64,000 nt of DNA from Sedimentisphaerales bacterium (GTDB lineage: Bacteria; Planctomycetota; Phycisphaerae; Sedimentisphaerales; Anaerobacaceae): positions 5,952,001 to 6,016,000 of the forward strand of contig OY970194.1 of the NCBI GenBank assembly GCA_963708075.1. The letters run 5' to 3'. The stretch's first letter is position 1. Each line of letters opens with the position of its first letter. The notes under the pieces are model-generated. The model made no database searches, was not told where the DNA came from, and worked only from the letters and a program-made list of their open reading frames with translations. This document shows positions 39,674 through 48,316 of the stretch, one piece after another. A program made the translations under genes and the position numbers.

Positions 39674-42229
39674 ATGGCATCATTCAGGACTCACCCGGGG
39701 GCGGCCGCAGCCTTTCTAATCGCTGTCGTGCTGAGCCTCTGCACGATCGCAAGGCCCACCGAATTCGCCGGCGGCACCGGCGAGCCGAACGACCCCTATC
39801 AGATCGCCACCGCCGAGCAGCTTGACACTCTGGGCAAGCAGCCGGAGCTGTGGGGCGAACATTTCGTTTTGACCGACGATATCGACTTGGCAGGCAGGTC
39901 TTATTCCAACGCCCTCTTGGGCCAGGGCAACAACAGCACCCATGGCTTTGAGGGCACAGCGTTCACAGGCGTGTTCGACGGCCAAGGGCACGAGATCGCG
40001 GGGCTGGTCGCCATGTCGGACGGCGAGTTCATGGGCCTGTTCGGCAGGATCGAGCCCGGCGCGAGCGTGCGCAATCTTGGTGTGACGGATGTGCGCATTC
40101 GTGGGCGAGTCCAACGGATCATTCGCGAGTGCGGCACGGGTGGACTGGCCGGCGAAAACTGGGGCGAGATTCGGAACTGCTATACCACCGGCTCCATCTC
40201 CGGCACACTGGAGGTCGGGGGTCTGGTTGGCCACAACGAGGGGCTGATCACCGGCTGTTTCTCACAGGCTGTTGTGAGGGGACATGAGCAGGTGGGCGGT
40301 CTGGTGGGAAACAGTACGTCCTCAGGTGTTCTATCTGACTGCTACAGTGTCGGGCCGATTGCTCACGGCAGTTACTACGTCGGCGGACTCGTCGGTCAGA
40401 ACGGCGGGCGAATTGACCGCTGCTATACCGACACCCGCCTTTACGAACCGGGCAATCAGTGGTACGGTGGTTTGGTTGGGGGTGGCAGCGGCGAGGTTTG
40501 CCAGTCCTTCTGGAATACGCAGACGAGTGGCCTGTCGGCAAGTGCTGGAGGTGTAGGTCTGGAGACCGCTCAAATGCAGGACCTGCAGACCTTTCTGAAT
40601 GCCGGCTGGGACTTCATGGGCGAAACGGTCAATGGAACCCAGGACCTCTGGCAGATACTGATCGAGGGCGATCGTCCGATACTGAGAACATTCGACGGAT
40701 ACCGGCCGCCGCAATTCAAAGGGCGGGGGACAGCCAGTGATCCGTTCCTGATCTCCACGGCCATAGAACTGGAAAGCATTCCCTTGTTCGACCCCAACGC
40801 CTGTTGTAGGCTGGTCACAGATATCAACTTGGCTGGCCTTCAATGGTCTGGGGCCGTGATCCCGAAGTTTTCCGGCACTTTCGACGGCAGTGGCCATTGC
40901 ATCAGCAATCTGACGATCACGGGCGGAGACTGGCATCTCGGGCTGTTTGGCCAACTGTTACGCGGGGCCCGCGTCAGGGATCTCGGCATCCGGAACGTGA
41001 AGATCAGCGATAACGGAGTCTTTGTCGGCGCGCTGGCAGGAGTCAATTATGGCACTGTGGCCCGCTGTTTTTCGACGGGGAGTGTGCAAGGAACAGAATA
41101 CGTGGGCGGACTGGCAGGACAGAACGAGGGAACGCTCACTATCTGCTACTCGACTGTGGCTGTGACGGCGAGATCGAGGATTGCAGGGGGGCTGGCAGGA
41201 TCCAACTCGGGCGGGGTGTTTCACTGCTACAGCACCGGTGCGGTCACTGGCGAAGATGACATTGGCGGCTTGGTGGGTGGTGGCCGAGGCGTTCGCTGGT
41301 GCTACTTCTTGGCTCAAGCCGATGACAGCGGGCTGGACAATCAGATGGGCACAGTCTTGACCGATGCCCAGATGAGGCAGCAGACCAGCTTCACGGATTG
41401 GGATTTCTGGGGCACTGAGCTCGACGGCATAGCAGACCCGTGGTTTATGCAGGACGGTTCTTATCCTGTCTTGACTTGGCAGACGGACCTTAGTGGCCTT
41501 GTGCCGATCCCCGATGTCGCAGGTATGACTTCAGAGGAGGCAATAGAGGTACTGGCCCGCGCAGGCTTCACGCCGGCGGCACAGGCGCGGATTGATGCCG
41601 ACGCAGTCATTCCACAAGGACGGGTCCTGCGGACCTATCCGCTGTTCAATGCCGCTCCGGCAAGTGTGGTGGAGATCACGGTGAGCGCCGGAGCCTACGA
41701 CTGGACGATCAACGAAGGCAACGGGACGCCGCCCGCACCCTACCGGATTCAGACAGCCGGCCAACTGGACTCCTTGAAGGATCACCCCGAGCTGTGGGAT
41801 AGGGACTTTGTCCTGATCAGTGACATTGACCTCTATGGAAGGACGTACGCCAGGGCCTTGATTGCCCCGGATGTGAACGAGCTCGAGAACGACTTTCAGG
41901 GCACGGCCTTCGCCGGTACCTTCGATGGCGGCAGCCATACGATCCGCAATCTAACCGTCGCGGACCCGAACCACGACTACCTCGGACTGTTCGGCATGAT
42001 CGCTGCCGGCGGCTGGGTCGGCCACCTTGCCCTGGTAAACGCGGAAATCTCTGGCACGTACTCCATCAACGTGGGCACGCTGGCCGGCTACAACGCCGGG
42101 ACCCTCGTCGAATGCTCTGCCACGGGAATCGCCATCGGCTGTGGCAATGTACGTGAGCTGGCCGGCTTCAATTCGGGCAGTGTAATCAACTGCAGTCCTG
42201 ACGTGTGGGTGAAGTGGCGTTGCAGATAA
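39674..42229 (+). CDS. Secreted GLUG-motif repeat protein with a PASTA-like module
   Basis: Three G.GT...P(Y/F).I.TA..L / F.G.FDG..H.I..L modules, many VGGLVG.N repeats, IPDVAGMT.EEA...L..AGF. Confidence 0.85.
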   Translation: MASFRTHPGAAAAFLIAVVLSLCTIARPTEFAGGTGEPNDPYQIATAEQLDTLGKQPELWGEHFVLTDDIDLAGRSYSNALLGQGNNSTHGFEGTAFTGVFDGQGHEIAGLVAMSDGEFMGLFGRIEPGASVRNLGVTDVRIRGRVQRIIRECGTGGLAGENWGEIRNCYTTGSISGTLEVGGLVGHNEGLITGCFSQAVVRGHEQVGGLVGNSTSSGVLSDCYSVGPIAHGSYYVGGLVGQNGGRIDRCYTDTRLYEPGNQWYGGLVGGGSGEVCQSFWNTQTSGLSASAGGVGLETAQMQDLQTFLNAGWDFMGETVNGTQDLWQILIEGDRPILRTFDGYRPPQFKGRGTASDPFLISTAIELESIPLFDPNACCRLVTDINLAGLQWSGAVIPKFSGTFDGSGHCISNLTITGGDWHLGLFGQLLRGARVRDLGIRNVKISDNGVFVGALAGVNYGTVARCFSTGSVQGTEYVGGLAGQNEGTLTICYSTVAVTARSRIAGGLAGSNSGGVFHCYSTGAVTGEDDIGGLVGGGRGVRWCYFLAQADDSGLDNQMGTVLTDAQMRQQTSFTDWDFWGTELDGIADPWFMQDGSYPVLTWQTDLSGLVPIPDVAGMTSEEAIEVLARAGFTPAAQARIDADAVIPQGRVLRTYPLFNAAPASVVEITVSAGAYDWTINEGNGTPPAPYRIQTAGQLDSLKDHPELWDRDFVLISDIDLYGRTYARALIAPDVNELENDFQGTAFAGTFDGGSHTIRNLTVADPNHDYLGLFGMIAAGGWVGHLALVNAEISGTYSINVGTLAGYNAGTLVECSATGIAIGCGNVRELAGFNSGSVINCSPDVWVKWRCR

Positions 42230-42257
42230 GGATCATGGATTGACCGACGTGCCGGCT

Positions 42258-42743
42258 TTATCTCAGTTCGAGGATGTGGGCTTGGTCGCAACGGCAGGAG
42301 AGGTGGGTGGGGACGTAGGGCTTGAAACCGTAAGCCTTGTAGAGGCTGATAGCTTCCTTCAAGACTGAGGCGGTTTCGAGGGTGACTTGTTGGAAGCCGA
42401 GCCGGCGGGCTTCGACCAGGGCGTGTTCCAGCAGTTGTCTGCCGAGGCCCTTGCCGCGATAGTCCCGGTGCAAGTACATCTTTCGCAGCTCACAGGTGGC
42501 TGAATCTATGGAATAGAGGCCATAGGAGCCAACGATCGAGCCATCTGTCGCTTCGAGTACGTAGAAAACGCCGCCGCGTTTGAAATAGGACTGCTCGATA
42601 TCGCACAGGTCGGCGTCGGTGCAGGCGGGGTCAGGCTTGAGATGGTATTCGCCGAGAACCGTGAAGACCAGGCTTCGCACTTGCTCGCAATCGGCGTTTG
42701 TCGCGGGGCGCAATCTCGGCCATGTCGTCATAGCTTTTGACAT
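42258..42743 (-). CDS. GNAT N-acetyltransferase
   Basis: CELRKMY....RGKGLG, L.T...L..A..LY...GF. Confidence 0.9.
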   Translation of the reverse strand: MSKAMTTWPRLRPATNADCEQVRSLVFTVLGEYHLKPDPACTDADLCDIEQSYFKRGGVFYVLEATDGSIVGSYGLYSIDSATCELRKMYLHRDYRGKGLGRQLLEHALVEARRLGFQQVTLETASVLKEAISLYKAYGFKPYVPTHLSCRCDQAHILELR

Positions 42744-42746
42744 CTG

Positions 42747-43655
42747 CTATTTGAGATTTGAGATTCTCCTGAGCAGGTCCGGGTGGAAGGCGCCTTCGAA
42801 TGTGCCTTCGACCGGGCCGGTCATGCGGATCCGGCCGTCGGGGGCGATCTCGATCTGCAGCTCGCCGCCAGGCATGTGGACGGTGACGTCGTTGTCCACC
42901 ATGCCGAGGCGATGCGTCGCGGCGGCGGCGGCGCAGGAGCTGCTGCCCGAGGCCAGCGTATAGCCCGCCCCGCGCTCCCAGATGCGAATGTCGATATTCG
43001 CCCGGTCGATCACCTGCACGATCTGCATGTTGATGCGGTTCGGGAACATCTTGTGGTTCTCGACATAGGGCCCGATGGCCCGGGCGGTTTCCTCGCTGAC
43101 CCCCTTCATCGGGATCACGCAATGCGGATTGCCAATCGACAGGCAAGTCACTTTGTACTCGGTGCCCTTGATATCGAGGGGCTCATCGACGACCTCGCGC
43201 TTCGGGCCGGCGACGGGGATCTCGTTGCTGATGAACGTGACTTTGCCCATGTCGATGCGGATCAGGTTGGCCGTCTCGTCCTTGACCTGCACGTCCACGA
43301 TGCCGCCGAGCGTCTTGATCTTGAAGCTCTTTCCGCGCACGTACTTCTTCTCGAAGAGGTACTTGGCGAAGATGCGCAGCCCATTGCCGCTCTTTTCCGC
43401 CTCGCTGCCGTCAGGGTTGAAAATCCGCAGGGCGGGCATGTCATGTGTGGCACCCCCGCCCTCGGGGATGACTGATCCCCAGCCGAGGGCGGCTGGGCTA
43501 CATGGCCCGTACAGGATGCCATCGGAGCCGACACCGAAATTCCGGTCGCAGATCAGGCGGATGTTCAGCTCCGTCATGGCGACATCGCGCACACTGGGAT
43601 CGATGACGAGGTAATCGTTGCCGAGACCGTGGTACTTCTTGAAATCGACAGCCAT
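42747..43655 (-). CDS. dapF: Diaminopimelate epimerase, Ser/Ser active-site variant
   Basis: F.KYHGLGNDY, CDRNFGVGSDG, FNPDGSEAEKSGNGLR, GNPHC, WERGAGYTLASGS, MPGG.L. Confidence 0.88.
   Translation of the reverse strand: MAVDFKKYHGLGNDYLVIDPSVRDVAMTELNIRLICDRNFGVGSDGILYGPCSPAALGWGSVIPEGGGATHDMPALRIFNPDGSEAEKSGNGLRIFAKYLFEKKYVRGKSFKIKTLGGIVDVQVKDETANLIRIDMGKVTFISNEIPVAGPKREVVDEPLDIKGTEYKVTCLSIGNPHCVIPMKGVSEETARAIGPYVENHKMFPNRINMQIVQVIDRANIDIRIWERGAGYTLASGSSSCAAAAATHRLGMVDNDVTVHMPGGELQIEIAPDGRIRMTGPVEGTFEGAFHPDLLRRISNLK
43446..43502. repeat. REP doublet inside dapF
   Basis: Minus strand TGTAGCCCAGCCGCCCTCGGCTG...CCCGAGGGCGGGGGTGCCACA. Confidence 0.7.
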
Positions 43656-43696
43656 TTTCAGTTGCTCCGGAAAAGGACCTCAGGGACCACAAGGAC

Positions 43697-44854
43697 CTAA
43701 AGCTCCAGCTCCATGAATGTGACGCCTTCGACGGGCACGTACTGGTACGGCGGGATCTCCCGAAAGCCCAGCGACCTGTAAAGGCTCCGGGCGGGCTCGA
43801 ACGCCGTGTCCAGTCGCATACGCTTATACCCGATCCGGCGAGCCTCTTCAATGATGGCCTGGGCCAGGGCCTTGCCGATCCCATTTCCCCGGTGCGCCGG
43901 TTGCACGAACAGCCGCTTCATCTCACACATCCCATCGCCGATCTGTCGCAGCGCCACGCATCCCACGAACGTATCGTTGTGCCTGGCCATCAGCATCCGG
44001 CCGCCCGGCGGCGCGTACCGCCCGGGCAAGGTCCGGAGCTCTTCTTCAAAATTCTGAAACGACAGATCGAACGGCAGACTCGCTTCATACTCCCGGAACA
44101 GTGTCCTGACGACCTGAAGTTCTTCCACCGTCGCCAGGATGATGTGGGCGTTGCCTTCCCTCAATGTGCGCGCCAGGAATCGTTGGGTCCAGGGACAGGC
44201 GTTGATGCAGATGCCGCAGATCGTGGCCTTGATGCCGTTGTGTGCCGCAAAGGCCCGTGCCGTCCTGAAGCATGCTGTTGCATCATAGATCCGGTCTCTC
44301 GCGATGCCTGGTTGCCAACTCTCGCCCGTGACAGCTCCGGCCGGGCAGCGATCGACACACTGGCGACAGTCGCCGCAGTGCGAAGCCTCCGTTGGCGTTC
44401 CGATCTCCAGCGGCGCGTCCGTGAGGACGGAGCCGAGTCGAACGGCGGATCCGTACTCTCTCGTGACAAGTAATCCGCATTTGCCGATCCACCCCAGCCC
44501 CGCGCGCGTCGCGGCGGTCTTATGCTGGAATCGCGTCGCCAATGTGGTTTTGTCGATTTGCTCCGTCGTCGCTCGGAACACGTGAGCGTGGTGTCCGGCA
44601 TCTCTCAGGACATCGGTGACTTGCCCGGACAAGTGGTCCAGGAGCACATTGGCCCGCTCGTATTCGACGAGATAGGCTGTGGTCGGGCCGTCTCTGATGT
44701 CGCGGATCACCGCCGGGTCGAGTGCCACCGCCAGTGAGACCGCCCGCGTCAAGCCGTCCGTGATCTCAATGGGCAAGCACGAAACATCCGCAAAGCCGAC
44801 CGGGCCTGCGCCAAGGCGGCTCGCTAATTGCCGGATGCTGTCTTCAATGCTCAT
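43697..44854 (-). CDS. QueG/reductive-dehalogenase-like 4Fe-4S protein fused to a GNAT domain
   Basis: HKTAATRAGLGWIGK, CGDCRQCVDRCP, CGICINACPW, then CEMKRLFV....RG.GIG...LY...GF. Confidence 0.82.
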   Translation of the reverse strand: MSIEDSIRQLASRLGAGPVGFADVSCLPIEITDGLTRAVSLAVALDPAVIRDIRDGPTTAYLVEYERANVLLDHLSGQVTDVLRDAGHHAHVFRATTEQIDKTTLATRFQHKTAATRAGLGWIGKCGLLVTREYGSAVRLGSVLTDAPLEIGTPTEASHCGDCRQCVDRCPAGAVTGESWQPGIARDRIYDATACFRTARAFAAHNGIKATICGICINACPWTQRFLARTLREGNAHIILATVEELQVVRTLFREYEASLPFDLSFQNFEEELRTLPGRYAPPGGRMLMARHNDTFVGCVALRQIGDGMCEMKRLFVQPAHRGNGIGKALAQAIIEEARRIGYKRMRLDTAFEPARSLYRSLGFREIPPYQYVPVEGVTFMELEL

Positions 44855-44876
44855 GCAATGCTCCTTCGGCGGCCAA

Positions 44877-45191
44877 TCAAACGTCCTCGACAAGAACAAC
44901 TTTCACGAAATCTGTCAACACTCTGGCTTTGTGCCGGTGCTCGTGTCCGGGCCTGATGAACAAACCATCGCCGGGACACAGGGTCACGACCTGGCCATGG
45001 AAGTCCACCTCCATTTGGCCTTCGAGCACGTATCCGATGTGCCCCCTGGTGCACCAGTCGGGCTCGACGAAGTCCTTTGTGAACTGCGCCAGCCGCAGTC
45101 TTCGCCCATCCTGTTCACAGGCTTTGAACCTCACCCCGGGGGCCGGCTGCTCCCATGGCATCGATCCGAAGTCCACTCTGTAACGTTCCAT
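44877..45191 (-). CDS. Cupin-domain protein
   Basis: WC..GHIGYVLEG, PGDGLFI.PG..H.H. Confidence 0.82.
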   Translation of the reverse strand: MERYRVDFGSMPWEQPAPGVRFKACEQDGRRLRLAQFTKDFVEPDWCTRGHIGYVLEGQMEVDFHGQVVTLCPGDGLFIRPGHEHRHKARVLTDFVKVVLVEDV

Positions 45192-45213
45192 ACTTCATTC
45201 CTCAATGTGCTGC

Positions 45214-45682
45214 TCAATGCTGCTGGTTCGATTTCTGCCACACGTAGTGTTTGCCTCTGGCGTGCGACCAGTGCTCCACCCCGTACTTTTGGATCATCCG
45301 CAGGTTATGTTTCACCGTGTCGCCGTGGCAGGTGCACAGGATCTTCAGGGTATCGCAGGCCTCGAAATCCCCGCACTGCCAGCAGCCTTCCAGCCCCTTC
45401 TGGCGCGCACAGGTGCGAATTGCACAGTTGGGATTGCCGCCGCCGTGGAAACAGGTCTTCGGGCATCGCAACGTCAGGATCGCATCCAAAACCTCGCGGA
45501 ACGTTCCATAGGCGTTGAAGGTTCTCGTTGTGTGCACTCTTGTGCTCTGCGTACTTCTCGAATTGGCAGTCTTCGAGCTGCTGTCTCAGCGCAGTGGCAG
45601 CGTTGAACAGGGACTGATTTGCAGGAATGCAGTCCCCGCAGTACAGGCCGCAATATGCGGTTTGCTCTCGATCATTTGCCAC
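45214..45682 (-). pseudogene. Cys-rich DUF3795-like protein with an apparent frameshift near 45522
   Basis: AYCGLYCGDC lies in one frame. C...C......C.IR.C....GLEGCWQC.....C lies in another. Confidence 0.7.
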
Positions 45683-45726
45683 GCAAGATTCTCCTTTCAT
45701 CCGTCTGCCGTTTAGAGCAGGGCGGG

Positions 45727-46614
45727 TCATACCAGTTCCGCTTTGGCGATTGGGATGACCTTTCCGCCGACGTTCACCTCGATCCGTTCACCGCTTCGCC
45801 CGGCGCGCAGGTAGATCAGCGAGGGCCGGCCGATCTCGTAGCCCTGCTCCACCCGGACATCGATCTGGTCCGTGTCGAAATAGCGGTGCTTGACCAGGTA
45901 GGCGGCAAAGCAACTATTCGCGCTTCCCGTGGCAGGATCTTCCACGATGCCGTAGTAATCGGCAAACGCACGGGCGTGAATGTGATTGGCCGGATCGACA
46001 GTTTGGCGACAGAAGACGAAAAGCATTTTCGCCGGGCGGTCCTTGACCCAGTCGAGCCATTTGTCGCGCACGACGCCGGCGCGTCTGACCGCCTCCAGGC
46101 TCCGCAACGGCAACAGGATGAACGGCAGTCCGGTTGAGACCGACTGAATTGGAAAGTCAGTGTCGATGTCTGCTCCGGCGATAGTCAGAAGCGGAGCAAG
46201 CTCACCAATGTCGAGCACCTCGCTGAAGGTCGCCTCCTTTGGCGTCATCCACAGGATGTCCCGGCCATCGCTCTGGCGGTCGAAGCGGACCGGGATTTGC
46301 CCTACCTTGAGATTCAGATTCACCTGCCGGATGGGCTGCCGGAGAATCTCCTGCCGGATGATGTACGCGGTCCCCAGCGTGGGATGTCCCGCGAATGGGA
46401 CCTCGGCGGCGGGTGTGAAGATCCGCACATCATAACCGCCGTCATGCTCAGTGTCCGACAGAACAAACGTCGTCTCCGAGAAGTTCATCTCCCTGGCAAT
46501 CTTCTGCATCTCATCGCTCGAAAGATCGCGTGCATTCCTGAAGACCGCAAGCTGATTGCCTGCATATTTCTGCTCTGCGAAGACGTCAACGATATGGAAC
46601 GGGACAGCTTTCAT
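45727..46614 (-). CDS. PhzF-family isomerase/epimerase
   Basis: VDVF....GN.LAV, NFSETTF, RIFTP..EVPFAGHP, EDPATGSA. Confidence 0.93.
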   Translation of the reverse strand: MKAVPFHIVDVFAEQKYAGNQLAVFRNARDLSSDEMQKIAREMNFSETTFVLSDTEHDGGYDVRIFTPAAEVPFAGHPTLGTAYIIRQEILRQPIRQVNLNLKVGQIPVRFDRQSDGRDILWMTPKEATFSEVLDIGELAPLLTIAGADIDTDFPIQSVSTGLPFILLPLRSLEAVRRAGVVRDKWLDWVKDRPAKMLFVFCRQTVDPANHIHARAFADYYGIVEDPATGSANSCFAAYLVKHRYFDTDQIDVRVEQGYEIGRPSLIYLRAGRSGERIEVNVGGKVIPIAKAELV

Positions 46615-47090
46615 AGTAAGCTCCTCTGCATTTTGAAGAAGTCCAGACGTTGGTCGTTCTCCAGCGGCAGGAAGGTTTTCTCCACAGTGACATAACCCAG
46701 CCTGTCGTAGAACACCTTGGCAGGCAGTGATGCATCCAGCCGCACCGTTGCGATTCCTAATGAACGGGCCGTCTCTTCCAGGTATCGCATGATCCGACGG
46801 CCCTCGCCGTGCCTTTGAGCCCACGGGTCCACAAAGACTCGTTTGATTTCATCGCCGACGAGGGTGCCGGTGCCAATCGCCCGGCCGGCTCTCTCCAGCA
46901 CGGCTGTGCACCCCCCCTTTGCATCCGCGCGAATCGCCTGTTCATCGTGATAGTTCATGAAGAAGCGGACCGCCTCCGGGCAGTAATGCCCTGGATAGCA
47001 GACGGCGATCGTCCTATGAATCATCGATTTCAAAGGCATCAGGTCTGCTTCGCGAAACATCCTGATGCTCAACGGAGCTTCTTCTTTCAT
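46611..47090 (-). CDS. GNAT N-acetyltransferase
   Basis: VFVDP..QR.G.G, LDASL.A..FY..LGY. Confidence 0.88.
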   Translation of the reverse strand: MKEEAPLSIRMFREADLMPLKSMIHRTIAVCYPGHYCPEAVRFFMNYHDEQAIRADAKGGCTAVLERAGRAIGTGTLVGDEIKRVFVDPWAQRHGEGRRIMRYLEETARSLGIATVRLDASLPAKVFYDRLGYVTVEKTFLPLENDQRLDFFKMQRSLL

Positions 47091-47115
47091 GATCTGGACT
47101 CCATCACAATCTGAA

Positions 47116-47916
47116 TCAGCGTACCTGCCGGGCGGCCGTGGTCAAGCTTTCGGCTGCTGCCGGCACGGACTTTCTCGTGCACAAATACGCCGCCAGGAAG
47201 TCGTCCTTGTAGTCGACGTCATCGATCTGGAAGCCGGCTCGTTCGAGCAGACCCTCCATGATCCAGCTACAGGTGCTGTACTCTTCGCGCACGTGTGTCT
47301 CCGCGGCCCTGTGGCCGTTCGGAACCGTGTGGATGCTCATCTTCTCAATGAACCGCTCGACGGCCGGCGCATAGCGGCCGACATCGAAGGAAAAGACCAC
47401 GTCGAACAGATAGAGACGCCCGTTCGGCTTCAGCATCGACGCCAGGCGATGCAGCCCTACGAGTTTCCAGAAATCCGGCAGATGATGCAGCGCAACGACC
47501 GAGACAATGGCATCGACCGGCTCGTCCGTATGTTCATAAGTCAGGAACCCGCCGCGACGGAACTCGATATTGGTCAGGCCGGCTTTCCTCGCTTTTCGGC
47601 GGGCGCGGCCCAGCATGGCTTTCGCGACATCGACAGCGTAGACCTTCCGGTAGTGCGGCGCCGCGTGGATCGCGAAGGCGCCGGTGCCGCAGCCCATGTC
47701 GAGCACGGCCGCGGAGTTGTCCAGTCCGAGCGCTGCGACGATCTGCTCGGCTTCCCGCCGGTAGTCCCGGAACGTCTGGTGGTACTTGTCGTAGCCCCTG
47801 GCTACGAAGAAGCTGTTGAAGTCCGCGCCGCAGGACCTCATCTCATCGTACCGCCACGCGGGGCCTCGCGCCTCGTTGACCGCGTTCACGTAGTCCAGGT
47901 AAAAGTCGATGTCCAT
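47116..47916 (-). CDS. Class I SAM-dependent methyltransferase
   Basis: VLDMGCGTG, AVD....ML, LHHL, LKPNG.L. Alternative start 47934. Confidence 0.9.
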   Translation of the reverse strand: MDIDFYLDYVNAVNEARGPAWRYDEMRSCGADFNSFFVARGYDKYHQTFRDYRREAEQIVAALGLDNSAAVLDMGCGTGAFAIHAAPHYRKVYAVDVAKAMLGRARRKARKAGLTNIEFRRGGFLTYEHTDEPVDAIVSVVALHHLPDFWKLVGLHRLASMLKPNGRLYLFDVVFSFDVGRYAPAVERFIEKMSIHTVPNGHRAAETHVREEYSTCSWIMEGLLERAGFQIDDVDYKDDFLAAYLCTRKSVPAAAESLTTAARQVR

Positions 47917-47991
47917 TTCTCTGATCCCTCTCATTTGACATACCTCTCACGTCCTCGCAAAACCCCTTGTTTTGCTGGTCCTGTGGAAATG

Positions 47992-48032
47992 AAAAAAGCC
48001 TTTCAGGGTCTTGTGCTCCCTGAAAGGCTTTT
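47992..48032 (-). terminator. Intrinsic terminator of a putative attenuator
   Basis: Minus strand AAAAGCCTTTCAGGG-agcacaaga-CCCTGAAAGGCTTTTTT. Confidence 0.85.
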
Positions 48033-48060
48033 AGAACTCTTCAATGGTTGGGTTCGTCCT

Positions 48061-48204
48061 TTAGGGAGCCGCCTCCTTTCCGATGGCTACCACCATAATC
48101 ATGGCGTCCTTGGCCAGGATGGCAGCCAGGGCGGCGCGCACAAGCAGCGTCGTCACGGCGTGACGCGTCAAAGGCTTATGCGTGTTTTCCCTAATCTGAA
48201 CCAT
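48061..48204 (-). CDS. Putative 47-aa attenuator leader peptide
   Basis: MVQIRENTHKPLTRHAVTTLLVRAALAAILAKDAMIMVVAIGKEAAP* lies between a promoter and the terminator. Confidence 0.55.
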   Translation of the reverse strand: MVQIRENTHKPLTRHAVTTLLVRAALAAILAKDAMIMVVAIGKEAAP

Positions 48205-48237
48205 GGAGATACTCTCACTCGAAACGATTACAGGCCG

Positions 48238-48266
48238 ATCGTACAAGGACCAAAAAACCTTGTCAA
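48238..48266 (-). promoter_or_regulatory. sigma70 promoter
   Basis: TTGACA-17 bp-TACGAT. Confidence 0.72.
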
Positions 48267-48316
48267 GAAGAATTATGGAAAAAATCATCAGGAATTCTCG
48301 GGCACGCGCATCGCGA

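Noticed and set aside
42258..47934. Integron cassette array
   Set aside because: Gene content is cassette-like, but intergenic gaps are tiny or overlapping, and no attC (RYYYAAC...GTTRRRY) pattern or integrase is visible.
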